DNA from: an uncultured Methanolobus sp.
GTDB taxonomy: Archaea; Halobacteriota; Methanosarcinia; Methanosarcinales; Methanosarcinaceae
DNA: 64,000 nt
Reading direction: 5' to 3'
Assembly: GCA_963675495.1 (NCBI GenBank)
Contig: OY776215.1
Location: 480,001-544,000, forward strand
Shown: piece by piece, positions 10,441-20,170 of the stretch
How positions within the stretch are numbered: the first letter of the stretch is position 1
Layout of the letters: each line of letters opens with the position of its first letter
Made by a program: the position numbers and the translations under genes
The notes under the pieces: generated by a model
Told to the model about the DNA's origin: nothing
What the model saw: the letters and a program-made list of their open reading frames with translations, nothing else
The model's database searches: none

Positions 10441-12498
10441 TTATTTATCCAATTTATCTGGATTCTTCCTAATATAACCCAAGATTTTCGTCTTCAGCTT
10501 CTCTGGGAACGTAGCAATGTTCACACATTTATCTGAGTATTTTTGAATATCTTCTTCTATCTCTGAATATGCTATCGATTTAATTGGTATTGTAATAACA
10601 TGTTGGGCTCCAGTGCCCATAGCTGATGCACCTACAGTAACCTGAATAGCTTCCTGAATCCCAGGTTTAAGTGAAATTTGTATTTCTTCTATTGATTCCA
10701 AGATTTGGTCCATAGTTACACATATATATCCAGTATCTTTCTTGATTTCATCCAATTTATGATTCACATAAATTGTTGGAATCAAAAGAATTACGGTTCC
10801 TATCATTGCAATTTGGTCTTCAACAATCTTGCATTCACTTATTTCATCAATTTTGTCAATAATTAATTTATTTTCAGCAACATCGGGAACCAATGCACGA
10901 ATAGAGAAAATTAAATTAACAAGATTTTTTTCCAATTGCTTTGGATTTTCAACTTGTAACTTTTGAATTTCTTCCTTTACCTTATTTGCAATAGATTCAA
11001 TAGGAGTGCCTTTTGTCTGTTCAGATATAAACGAAGCTTCATTTCTGATTCTCTGAACAATCGACATGATGCCTTTATCTAAATAATCTTGGAAGAATTC
11101 TTTGTCGATAACGAATTCTCTTATATTGATTGCGTCTTGTTCAGCATAATGTTCTATGACAGCCTCCGCCCTTTGATGCAAACTACCCCCATATCCAGAA
11201 TAATCAGTTGCACAATTAAAGAATACATACCATACAGAGTAATCACTGAGAAAGCCATACCTTTCAATGAGAACTGCATAGCTGTAAGCAAAGCCGTTGG
11301 TATATTTTACAGGATGCTTAATTCTGAGAACTTCGGCCTTTTCCATTGTTTTATGCATTTTCTTAGTCTGAATAGTGCCTAATAATAAAGCAGTAAACGC
11401 ACTAATACCATCTCTTATTACTTGATGGCAATCCAATTTGTAAATCATTTCCCAATAAAAATAAGAATCAAGCTTCCGTACTTTTAGTTCAGGCGTGCTG
11501 TCGTCAAGCAAATACTCAGGAGTGGAAACAGTATCTTTTCTCAATAATGAACCAAATTTGTTTTTATTAAACTTTTCTTTTAACAATAGCATTGCATCAA
11601 CAGTTTTGATATTGAATTCATTCTCCAATGGTTTAACTATCTCTTCATTTATTGATTCAAAAAACCTATCCAAACATTTCCATTTTACTTCTGTAGGTGA
11701 CACACTTATGTCTGAATGTTCCCATTTTATTATTGGCAAGACTTCTTCGATAAAACCACCAAAAAGAGATGGTTCACTTTCCAGCTCATCTATTACTTCT
11801 TGGGTATAGAGTTCTGTAGATTGATGCATTCTTTTTAAACAAGTGGATTCATATTTATCTCTGCCAAGAAGAACATACCAAAGATACTGCAAACAAAATG
11901 CATATCCATTGAAGCTTTCATCAAGCCTTTCTTGAGATATTTCTCTTTCTAGAATTGACATAGGATATGTATATTGAACTCCTCTATCGAGGTCATTAAA
12001 ATGGATATGTGTATCCAAAATAGTTACAATTTTCAAAGATAGATTTTTATCTGGAATCTTGCCAGACACTACATCTTCAAGGAAAATCCTATCAAAGACT
12101 GTGAAAACTTCTTGTGCATTAGCCCAGTAATTGGCAATATCATCCCATGAAGCCTGTTCATTTATATGTTTCAACCTGTTCCATAGGTTTTTTATAAATA
12201 TGGTTTTTTCACTTGTATTAGGGATGTCATCAATATACACACCAACAGAATTTGCTCTGTAGTATGCCATATCGTCATCAAAATCAAAGGTAGAGTCATC
12301 ATGAAAGGCATCAAGTAAATCGCTAATCACAACTTCAGTAAAGAACTTATATCCCTCTATCAAAAAAGAATCATCGTCTATTTGATGATATGATTTTAGC
12401 CATTCCCTATATTCACCTAAATTGGAGATAATTTTCAATATGTTGTAGAATGAGAATACTCTGTCAACTTTGTTAGGCTGAATGTGATTTAAATCCAT
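10441..12498 (-). CDS. Large hypothetical protein (685 aa), AT-rich cargo
   Basis: Long uninterrupted ORF; no motif I recognise; TTTAAA TATA-like elements upstream. Confidence 0.75.
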   Translation of the reverse strand: MDLNHIQPNKVDRVFSFYNILKIISNLGEYREWLKSYHQIDDDSFLIEGYKFFTEVVISDLLDAFHDDSTFDFDDDMAYYRANSVGVYIDDIPNTSEKTIFIKNLWNRLKHINEQASWDDIANYWANAQEVFTVFDRIFLEDVVSGKIPDKNLSLKIVTILDTHIHFNDLDRGVQYTYPMSILEREISQERLDESFNGYAFCLQYLWYVLLGRDKYESTCLKRMHQSTELYTQEVIDELESEPSLFGGFIEEVLPIIKWEHSDISVSPTEVKWKCLDRFFESINEEIVKPLENEFNIKTVDAMLLLKEKFNKNKFGSLLRKDTVSTPEYLLDDSTPELKVRKLDSYFYWEMIYKLDCHQVIRDGISAFTALLLGTIQTKKMHKTMEKAEVLRIKHPVKYTNGFAYSYAVLIERYGFLSDYSVWYVFFNCATDYSGYGGSLHQRAEAVIEHYAEQDAINIREFVIDKEFFQDYLDKGIMSIVQRIRNEASFISEQTKGTPIESIANKVKEEIQKLQVENPKQLEKNLVNLIFSIRALVPDVAENKLIIDKIDEISECKIVEDQIAMIGTVILLIPTIYVNHKLDEIKKDTGYICVTMDQILESIEEIQISLKPGIQEAIQVTVGASAMGTGAQHVITIPIKSIAYSEIEEDIQKYSDKCVNIATFPEKLKTKILGYIRKNPDKLDK

Positions 12499-12717
12499 TA
12501 ATATCTAATTTACTATTAGAAATTTAAATATTTAAATAGTCTTCTAGTTTTTAGCACCCGATACGTATACAACTTTGCTTACGCACAGATTTCATGAATC
12601 TCCTAAATTATGCCATACATCACAGCTTTTTCATCAATAAGTGTCCAATAGTAAACACAAACAATAGCCATGTTCATGACCTAAATGTTTTTAATGTCTG
12701 AAATTCACCTGAGATGC

Positions 12718-12742
12718 AAGTCAACACCTATGGTGTCGACTT
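12718..12742. promoter_or_regulatory. Imperfect palindrome AAGTCAACACC-TAT-GGTGTCGACTT, putative operator
   Basis: 11-bp arms with one mismatch, 14 bp upstream of the wHTH gene. Confidence 0.5.
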
Positions 12743-12756
12743 AGGGTCGGTGACGC

Positions 12757-13614
12757 ATGAAACAATACAAGGACTGTCAACTGAAAGGCCAAATATTAGC
12801 AACTCTTCTCCGAGAAGACCTTTCATCCCGTGAAATCCAAGAAATAGTTCAACACCCATCAAATCGTTCATTTTGGTCAGAGCTCTATGCACTCCGACGT
12901 CGGGGTTACCTCACCACGACGAGCACCATGAAACCATATCTTTATTCTCTGACGAAGAAGGGCGAGATTCATGCCGCTGACCCTTTCATCATGAAGAAGC
13001 ACAAGCAAGAATACTTGCAAAGAAGAGTGAGCGCCATTTTGAACAATGATGAAAGTTTCAAGCAGGCACTTGAAATAGAACTTGAAAAACATCCCTCTGG
13101 AACAACTTCAACGCCTGCGAGTATTACATCATCTCCCAATGCAAACCGCAACGAAGAGACCTCGCAACTTATTAAAGAGCTAAAAGCCAAGGACGATGAG
13201 GTGGCTCTACTTCAATTTCAAGTTCAGGAGATGCGTCGGCAGAAAAGTGACATACGTCAAAGAGAATCATTGAAGCGTCCCTCACCGGAAGAGCAGAAGA
13301 AGGAAAAAGCACGTATCGAAAAAAGAAGGAAGATAGCAACAGCGTATGCATCCCGAAACCGGTTATTAGATATGGAATTCTTCCGGGTTTGGGGTGACCT
13401 CAGACCATATCGTCTCAAATATATGCAGTTATTCAAACCCGGTAGTGTTGAAATCATGAGCAGAAGCAACCCAGAACATGCACGAGGGCACACTGGAGGT
13501 GTGTTGAGTCCCTCTGAGGTCATTGGTGCGAAATTATTCATAAAACAGTACCGCAATGATGGAATTATCGTAAGTGGGCAATGTATGCGTGATGAGAAGT
13601 TATTGAGGTGGTGA
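12757..13614 (+). CDS. Winged-helix DNA-binding protein with coiled coil
   Basis: ILATLLREDLSSREIQE..ELYALRRRGYL..YSLTKKG is wHTH-like; central coiled coil; GGTGA RBS. Confidence 0.7.
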   Translation: MKQYKDCQLKGQILATLLREDLSSREIQEIVQHPSNRSFWSELYALRRRGYLTTTSTMKPYLYSLTKKGEIHAADPFIMKKHKQEYLQRRVSAILNNDESFKQALEIELEKHPSGTTSTPASITSSPNANRNEETSQLIKELKAKDDEVALLQFQVQEMRRQKSDIRQRESLKRPSPEEQKKEKARIEKRRKIATAYASRNRLLDMEFFRVWGDLRPYRLKYMQLFKPGSVEIMSRSNPEHARGHTGGVLSPSEVIGAKLFIKQYRNDGIIVSGQCMRDEKLLRW

Positions 13615-14079
13615 TATGATTAAACATCTGTGGATTAACCATGAAAACTCCATATGTTTGTGATATTAGTCCACATGACACGGAAATTGAATCGTAACGA
13701 GGGAATCTTAAAAACAGAAACAAATAATTGAAATCATGCAGCGTGACATGGAGATAATGCAGGAACGGTTCGATGAATCGAGGAAAATAAAACAATATAA
13801 AATAAAGAATGCGTCAATCCTGAAGGAAGAGCCGAAATAGGCACAAGAGACAGCAAGATTGCAGAAAATACTGCAAAATCATTGGGATGGGAAACCCGTA
13901 GGTATACCAAAATAGACAATTCAACACATTTTCTTACACTGCAAATAGATAAAAAAACATCGCCTGTTTATTTATATAGTCGTTACATTTATATTTATTA
14001 ACATTATGCATAAGTACTAGTTATATGTAAAAATATCACGTTTGGAAAATGTAAGTAAAAAATCGTATAAGGTGAAAAA

Positions 14080-14406
14080 ATGAAAGTGAATTTAGCAGAA
14101 ATATTAGATAAAAGGGAAAAGAGTCCGTCTCTTGAAGAGAAAATGTTGCAATTGCTCGAAGATGCTATATTGAACATTGAAGGCATAGAGAAATCACATT
14201 CATCTGGGGAGATAGATGATGGTGAATATTATTCACTTATAAAAGCGGCAGTGGTTAAGCTGGAAATGATTCAACAAGAAATCCTGGAGTATGATGAGGT
14301 AAACGACACTACTTTAATTCCACCTCCGTATAATAAAGTGATGATTAATGGAGTAGATTATCACTTATCTCCCCAAGACTGCCATTTCCTATATGGAGTT
14401 AAGTGA
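14080..14406 (+). CDS. Hypothetical acidic protein
   Basis: 108-aa ORF with AGGTGA RBS and a downstream hairpin. Confidence 0.7.
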   Translation: MKVNLAEILDKREKSPSLEEKMLQLLEDAILNIEGIEKSHSSGEIDDGEYYSLIKAAVVKLEMIQQEILEYDEVNDTTLIPPPYNKVMINGVDYHLSPQDCHFLYGVK

Positions 14407-14416
14407 GTAAAACGAT

Positions 14417-14447
14417 TGAAGTGCAAGCTTGGCGGTTTTGCACTTCA
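14417..14447. terminator. Stem-loop TGAAGTGCAA..TTGCACTTCA between convergent genes
   Basis: Perfect 10-bp inverted repeat just after the 14406 stop. Confidence 0.55.
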
Positions 14448-14608
14448 TTGTATTGACTTACTTGATATGGGTTACCCTGGTGCTCACATAATGTTAGGTC
14501 GTCATGATGCACCGTATTTCATTGAATATATCAAAGAAATTAGAAAAAATAAAGATAGTGCAAACTGAAAAGAAAAAGAATGAAGGTATTTGATAACCCA
14601 ACGAATAC

Positions 14609-15010
14609 CTACTTTTTATTCTTAAGAAGGAACTTGAGTAAGTCTGGACCCATATGCAGTTCTCGTTCCATCTTTGCTATAACTTCATCATCAGATAGTC
14701 CATTTACTTTGTACTGGTCTATGCTGTCATAGATGGTCTGTGAGACTTCAGAGTATTCATTGATATCTTTCCTGTGACCCCAGACATCTCCTTCCAGAAG
14801 GGCTATACCTTTCATATCCAGGAACATCTTGGTAGAAGTGGAGATGCTTTTCATGTACGATGGAGGTATGTGAAGTGCTTTTACATTAGGGGATTTTGTC
14901 ACAAGGGTAAGGATATCTGTATTTGATGGTCTGAATGCAAGATGAATCATTTCTTCTTTATCTGTGAGGCTATCGATTTCTTCTTTGGAACTTACTACTC
15001 TTATTTTCAT
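14609..15010 (-). CDS. DUF1699 family protein
   Basis: MKIRVVSSKEEI..IHLAFRPSN..EGDVWGHRKDINEY matches this Methanosarcinales family; ATG at 15010 follows an AGGTG RBS. Confidence 0.85.
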   Translation of the reverse strand: MKIRVVSSKEEIDSLTDKEEMIHLAFRPSNTDILTLVTKSPNVKALHIPPSYMKSISTSTKMFLDMKGIALLEGDVWGHRKDINEYSEVSQTIYDSIDQYKVNGLSDDEVIAKMERELHMGPDLLKFLLKNKK

Positions 15011-15282
15011 GTTTTTCACCTATATATCCTGAAAAGTAACTTATTATATTGGAGGGATTAAGAATATTTAAAAGTTGTTGTATATACAACACATACTTTG
15101 AATCACTTAATCTATGATTATTTATTCAACAGATTGTTTTAAAAAGACCTTCATTTCCAATGCATCAATTCGTATCCTTTGTTGCGTTTTGAGTTTATCT
15201 GTATTTGGTCTAAATCCTAAACACGAATAGCTCGCAGCAATCCGATTATTCGCAAATACAAGAAGGAAACGTTTATAAGCAC

Positions 15283-15876
15283 ATGTTGTATTTCCAAAGT
15301 ATGAAGCAAAAATACTCCAAGGAGTGGCTCAGGGTTGATGAGCTAAAATCTATGCTAGCATTACCAACACTCTGTGAAAAATATGAGGTGTGGATACTTT
15401 TACTTTATACTCCTGCTCTTAGGGTATCGGAAGCTATCAATGTAAGAGTCCGTGACCTTGACGTGCATAACCAATGCGTTGAAATCTGGGGTGGTAAGGG
15501 TTATGATGACACTGAACTTAGGAAAACACCCTGTGAAATCGCTGTACTTAAGCGTATCAAGCGGTTCTGTGAGCATAACAACCTAAGGGCGAATGATTAT
15601 ATCATGTTCAGTAACAAATCGCCTCAGGTCCACAGGTCACAGGTATACCGGGTTTTGAATACGATAGTCCAAGATGCCGGTATTGACAAAAAGACAGGGA
15701 CGCATACCCTGCGAAGAAGCCGTGCTGAGCATCTTCTTGACCAGGGACTACCCTTAACATTTGTGAGCAAATTCCTGAGACACAAGAATCTTTCAACAAC
15801 GATGGCGTACTTAGATGTCAGTGTCGCCGACATCAATCGAGAATTAGATAAAATAGAGTTACCCGTGGTGATTTGA
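15283..15876 (+). CDS. Small tyrosine recombinase (catalytic domain only, XerC-like)
   Basis: ALRVSE (R), GGKG (K), HTLRRS, LRH, MAY (Y) all intact; start may be 15301. Confidence 0.9.
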   Translation: MLYFQSMKQKYSKEWLRVDELKSMLALPTLCEKYEVWILLLYTPALRVSEAINVRVRDLDVHNQCVEIWGGKGYDDTELRKTPCEIAVLKRIKRFCEHNNLRANDYIMFSNKSPQVHRSQVYRVLNTIVQDAGIDKKTGTHTLRRSRAEHLLDQGLPLTFVSKFLRHKNLSTTMAYLDVSVADINRELDKIELPVVI

Positions 15877-16364
15877 TGTCAAATGACCTCAACGAAAAAC
15901 TGAAGAAGGCAGAAGCAGAATGCAAGGAATTATTTAGATATTGGGACGACATTTCGTGGTTTGAACGGGACATTGTAATTGATTCTATGATGGACTTTTT
16001 CAGGGATAATGAGCTCAAGGATATATCTTATGACATGAGGGATAGAATTGATGAAATGCTTCATTACGTTCTTGATTTCCAAATGCTCAATGCACCCTGT
16101 CGACCTTCACGTTTGCAACTATTGTTAGACCGAAAGAGGAAGCTCAGATTTGACGGTCAGGAGAGACCACAGCACACAGTCATGATGAACGTAATTAAGG
16201 GACTCACCTATGAGCAGCAATGCGAGCTAGCTGATTACGTGGGCGTAAATGACCGCATAGACATATGCGAATCATTAGCACATGCAGGAGATGACTCATC
16301 AGTGCGATTTTTTGCTTTGAGAGGTATGGTTGGACGTCTGCACATGGAGTTCACGCACGGTTAA
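15873..16364 (+). CDS. Hypothetical protein coupled to the recombinase
   Basis: Start overlaps the recombinase stop (TGATG); 163 aa. Confidence 0.65.
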   Translation: MMSNDLNEKLKKAEAECKELFRYWDDISWFERDIVIDSMMDFFRDNELKDISYDMRDRIDEMLHYVLDFQMLNAPCRPSRLQLLLDRKRKLRFDGQERPQHTVMMNVIKGLTYEQQCELADYVGVNDRIDICESLAHAGDDSSVRFFALRGMVGRLHMEFTHG

Positions 16365-16842
16365 TGTTCGAGGGTGAATACGGGGGTACATATCCATCAC
16401 CATCATGAGGGCAAATACAAACGGGTCGCTGCCTTCGCCTCCATCAGCCAAGGGCTGTCTCCCCGTTCTCGTCTCCAAGTGTCCAATCTGAGGATTGTGC
16501 GCTCTTCGCTCTCACTACACATAAAGCAAGGAATTTATATTCATGAGCTGATATTTAAAATCACCATTGAAGGATATCGATTGTTGCAATTAATTTGCAA
16601 TAACCCGCATCATTGACCAATGTCATCCATACCGATATGTCCGACCTGAACGGATGGTATGGTGTTTTCAGGTTTGATTTGGAGTACAACCTAACGTATG
16701 TTGATTCCAGGGACATTCCGCGGGAACAGATGAAGAAAGTGGTGAGTGTTTTCCTGCTGGTGGATGAAAGTTGGGATAAGTTATTTTCTCATCATTTAAT
16801 TTTTTAGGAATATAAATATAACATAAAATATGTAGTTGTATC

Positions 16843-17949
16843 ATGATAAAATCGCTTGAGATTCAAAATTATAAAAGTATAAAGCATCAAATTGTTAATT
16901 TTGGTGAAGTCAATATTTTAATAGGGGCGAATAATTCTGGAAAATCAAATCTCCTGGATAGCATATTTACAATTCAGAGTATTTTAAGACGACCACTCGA
17001 TGAGGTTTTTACAAGAGGACCTTTTAGTTTTGGTGGTGTCTTTTGCAAAAGCTCCCGTTATCATGAAGGTATGAGCTTTAAAATGGTTGGAGACATTGAT
17101 TTCAAAGATTTTGAATATTTTATTAAATTGAGTACTAAAAGGGATAGTAATCGCTATAAACCAATAATCATAGAAGAAAAACTAAAATATGATGGAGAAA
17201 CGCACAGTAACACTAATTTAGAAGAATCTTTTGTTTATAAGTCAGAAAATATCCCAAAAGATTTAAGGTACAATATCAACTCAAAAAATTATCAATTTGT
17301 ACCAAAATTAATAAAAAAAGACCATTCAATAGTGGATTTTGATGTTGACTATGAATCTAGATATGTTCCATACCTCCTTCATGATGGAAGCAATCTAATT
17401 GATGTTTTATATTATATTCGAGAGTATGAAATCATAAGGTATTCACATATAATCCAAGAATGCCAAAAATTTTTCCCAAATCTACAGGACATAAAAGTGG
17501 AATCAGGGCTTGGAACCAATTCTGTTCTCCAAGTAATAATGAAAAATAGGAGGGGAAAAGATTGGCGTTTTATAGGTCCACAATTATCCGATGGGTTTGT
17601 AATTATTCTTTCAATAATAACGTTGCTATCATCTGAAAGACTTCCAAACATGATTTTATTTGAAGAGTTGGAAAATGGATTAAACCCTTCGTCAATTGAT
17701 AAGCTATTGAATATAATGTTTGAAGTTGCTCGAAAAAAAAATATTCAATTTTTAATAACAACACATTCTCCAATGTTTTTACAATTGATGCGGAATAGCC
17801 CAGAATCTGTTATTATTTGTGAACAAGATGAAAATGGTTTATCTCACTATATTTCTTTAAAAGAAAGGCTTGAAGTATTCAAAGAAGATTATGAAGAAGG
17901 TGATTCTTTGATAGATTTATGGTTCTCTGGTTTAATAGGGGGGCTATAA
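16843..17949 (+). CDS. ABC/AAA ATPase (AAA_21 / OLD-type), probable defence ATPase
   Basis: IKSLEIQNYKSI, Walker A GANNSGKS, signature LSDG, Walker B FEELENGLNP, ITTHSP. Confidence 0.9.
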   Translation: MIKSLEIQNYKSIKHQIVNFGEVNILIGANNSGKSNLLDSIFTIQSILRRPLDEVFTRGPFSFGGVFCKSSRYHEGMSFKMVGDIDFKDFEYFIKLSTKRDSNRYKPIIIEEKLKYDGETHSNTNLEESFVYKSENIPKDLRYNINSKNYQFVPKLIKKDHSIVDFDVDYESRYVPYLLHDGSNLIDVLYYIREYEIIRYSHIIQECQKFFPNLQDIKVESGLGTNSVLQVIMKNRRGKDWRFIGPQLSDGFVIILSIITLLSSERLPNMILFEELENGLNPSSIDKLLNIMFEVARKKNIQFLITTHSPMFLQLMRNSPESVIICEQDENGLSHYISLKERLEVFKEDYEEGDSLIDLWFSGLIGGL

Positions 17950-18572
17950 TGAGAGTACATATTATTTGTGAGGGACCTACAGACCAACGAATTCTTGAAA
18001 AAATCATACAAATTATTTCGAAACAAAAAATTTATTTTCTTGAACCAAGCAATACACAGCGTAAGAATCGAGGAGTAAATTCCATATTAAATCCTAAAAC
18101 CTTAAACCGTTTTTTGCGTTATTCTTTCAACGAAAGAGCAGATTGTATTATTGTTTGTGTTGATAATGATGATGCACCTATAACATCAGAAGGAATCCCT
18201 GAAAGGTATAATTCCGTGCACAAAATTTTTGCTGACTTTGCTGAAAGAAACGCAGCGAGTTATGATCTTTATCCTGCAGCATGTATTGTTGTCCCAATTA
18301 AAACAATTGATTACTGGATGTTAGCGGGCTTGATGAACGATTCTGGTGTTGGCACAATAAGGGGCATTGAAACTTACGATAAGGCTTCTATTAAGGATAA
18401 AGTATACGGAAAAGAGAATTTAAATCCAATTGGTTCACCCTTTGAAAGTATATTTGAAGAAAAACTTCAAAGCGCCATCAATGAACATACAGTGTACAAT
18501 ATTCTCCCTAATCTATCTAGTTATTCTAGGTTTTTTGAATCAATTACTAAGATTTGTTGTGATGAACGATAA
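17949..18572 (+). CDS. TOPRIM-like putative nuclease (DUF4276/RloB-like)
   Basis: IICEGPTD and CVDND acidic motifs, IDYWML; ATG overlaps the ATPase stop (TAATG). Confidence 0.7.
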   Translation: MRVHIICEGPTDQRILEKIIQIISKQKIYFLEPSNTQRKNRGVNSILNPKTLNRFLRYSFNERADCIIVCVDNDDAPITSEGIPERYNSVHKIFADFAERNAASYDLYPAACIVVPIKTIDYWMLAGLMNDSGVGTIRGIETYDKASIKDKVYGKENLNPIGSPFESIFEEKLQSAINEHTVYNILPNLSSYSRFFESITKICCDER

Positions 18573-18738
18573 TACTACAATGGCCACAAAAATACTCCTT
18601 TACATAATTAGATAAAATGTAAACATTAAGGCGCTCTTTCTCAAAATAGCCTTTAAAATCCATCCCGTTAATACCTACCATAGTTATATACTTCTTTACA
18701 TTTTGTGTTATTGTAAACTTTTAAAATGTGAGGATACA

Positions 18739-19385
18739 ATGGCAGAAATTATTCCATTTCAAACAAGAGACCTAGTGCTACAAGAGTAGACCGACTATCT
18801 GACCATAGGTGAGTATCATGCATTGTTGGAGGCTGTAGGAAGGAAATATGAGGGGTTGAAACGGAAGTCAATAAGGAACCTTCAGATTAAGGAAAGGAAC
18901 AAGCTCCTCCTTCAGATGATGTGGATAACTGATGGGAGGATTAGTGATGTTCTTAGTATCAGGACCGAGGATATCGACTTCCATGGCCTGACAATCAAGT
19001 TCTATGTCAAGAAGAGGAGTGTCTGGCACACACTGAGCATTGACTCTGATATTGCACTGCTTATATCCAATTACATTCGTACTTGGAAGATTGAAGGCCC
19101 ATTGTTCACAGGGTTTGGTAAGGATGAGAGCATTCTCACTCGGCAGTATGTGAACCAGATGCTTAAGGAGTACTGTGAGCTTGCTGGAATAAGGAAAATC
19201 CATCCTCCCCTGTCATACATGAACTGGCAATTGATTTGCTCTCACAGGGCGTTCCTATGGAGGTTATTTCGTTTAGATTGAATCATAGTAGCACGTTGAC
19301 CACTGCGAAGTATTATACCAGGATAACGCCGGATATTGAAAGGGATTTGATTAAGCAGCATGTGGTTAGTTTGATGGGGCAGTGA
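18739..19385 (+). pseudogene. Frameshifted tyrosine recombinase pseudogene
   Basis: ATG 18739 frame stops after 16 codons; second frame DYLTIGEYHALLEA..DGRISD..KIHP; third frame HELAIDLLSQGVP..LNHSS..TTAKYY; HxxR motif is disrupted. Confidence 0.85.
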
Positions 19386-19418
19386 ATGCGTAAAGTGCTT
19401 CAAAAAATTAAACTTCCG

Positions 19419-19934
19419 TCATATACTTTTTGAAAAACTAATACACGTTTTAACTTCATTCCAACAGAATCCTAATGAAATTTTTATTTTTTTCCAAAGT
19501 ATGTCCTTTTTAGCTGTATTTAATCCTCGGTTCACATCTCTACAAGCAAGATGAATATTAAAAATAATATCGTATAACACTTGATGTGATTTACATACTT
19601 TATCGATGAAGAAACCCTTTTTGAAATATAAAGCATCCTGAGGAATATCAAATGAAAATTCGGTTTTACTGTCACTGACTTCACAATTGGTAGTTACAAC
19701 AAAAGCAGGGACCGAATCAATTCCAAAATATTTACGGCATGGTTCAAACCCATCATCCTGTGGGAGAAAGATTTTTACCAAACAATCTTTTGTGTTTCTA
19801 CCCATATCTACAAAAGTATCATAAATTAATTTATCTCGCTCATTTTCACGAGATGGGAGTAAAACGAAAAAATATGAATTAAACACAGGCTCAGATGCAA
19901 AACCACCAGCGATATTTACTTCATAAAACCCCAT
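19419..19934 (-). CDS. Hypothetical protein, possible thioredoxin-like fold without CxxC
   Basis: 171-aa AT-rich ORF; KYFGIDSVPAFVV resembles the thioredoxin cis-Pro segment. Confidence 0.55.
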   Translation of the reverse strand: MGFYEVNIAGGFASEPVFNSYFFVLLPSRENERDKLIYDTFVDMGRNTKDCLVKIFLPQDDGFEPCRKYFGIDSVPAFVVTTNCEVSDSKTEFSFDIPQDALYFKKGFFIDKVCKSHQVLYDIIFNIHLACRDVNRGLNTAKKDILWKKIKISLGFCWNEVKTCISFSKSI

Positions 19935-20170
19935 AAGCTATCACTTCCCATTAAATGTTAGGTATGTAGGAATATAGTATGAATTTAACCTGGCTCTGCA
20001 AAGCCATTAACTTAGTATTAGTAGTTTCAATTGTTAATAGTTTCTATCTTAGACAAATTTTATTCCTAGGATAATATATATTAAGGCAACTTTCGTGATT
20101 TATGTGTACCCTGTCAACGTCATTGAGAAATTACCAAAATTATTTAATCAGAATAGATTATATTACGTTC

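Noticed and set aside
16374-16807. Two short ORFs (80 and 64 aa)
   Set aside because: GTG/TTG starts without clear RBS and no recognisable motifs; probably spurious or decayed remnants
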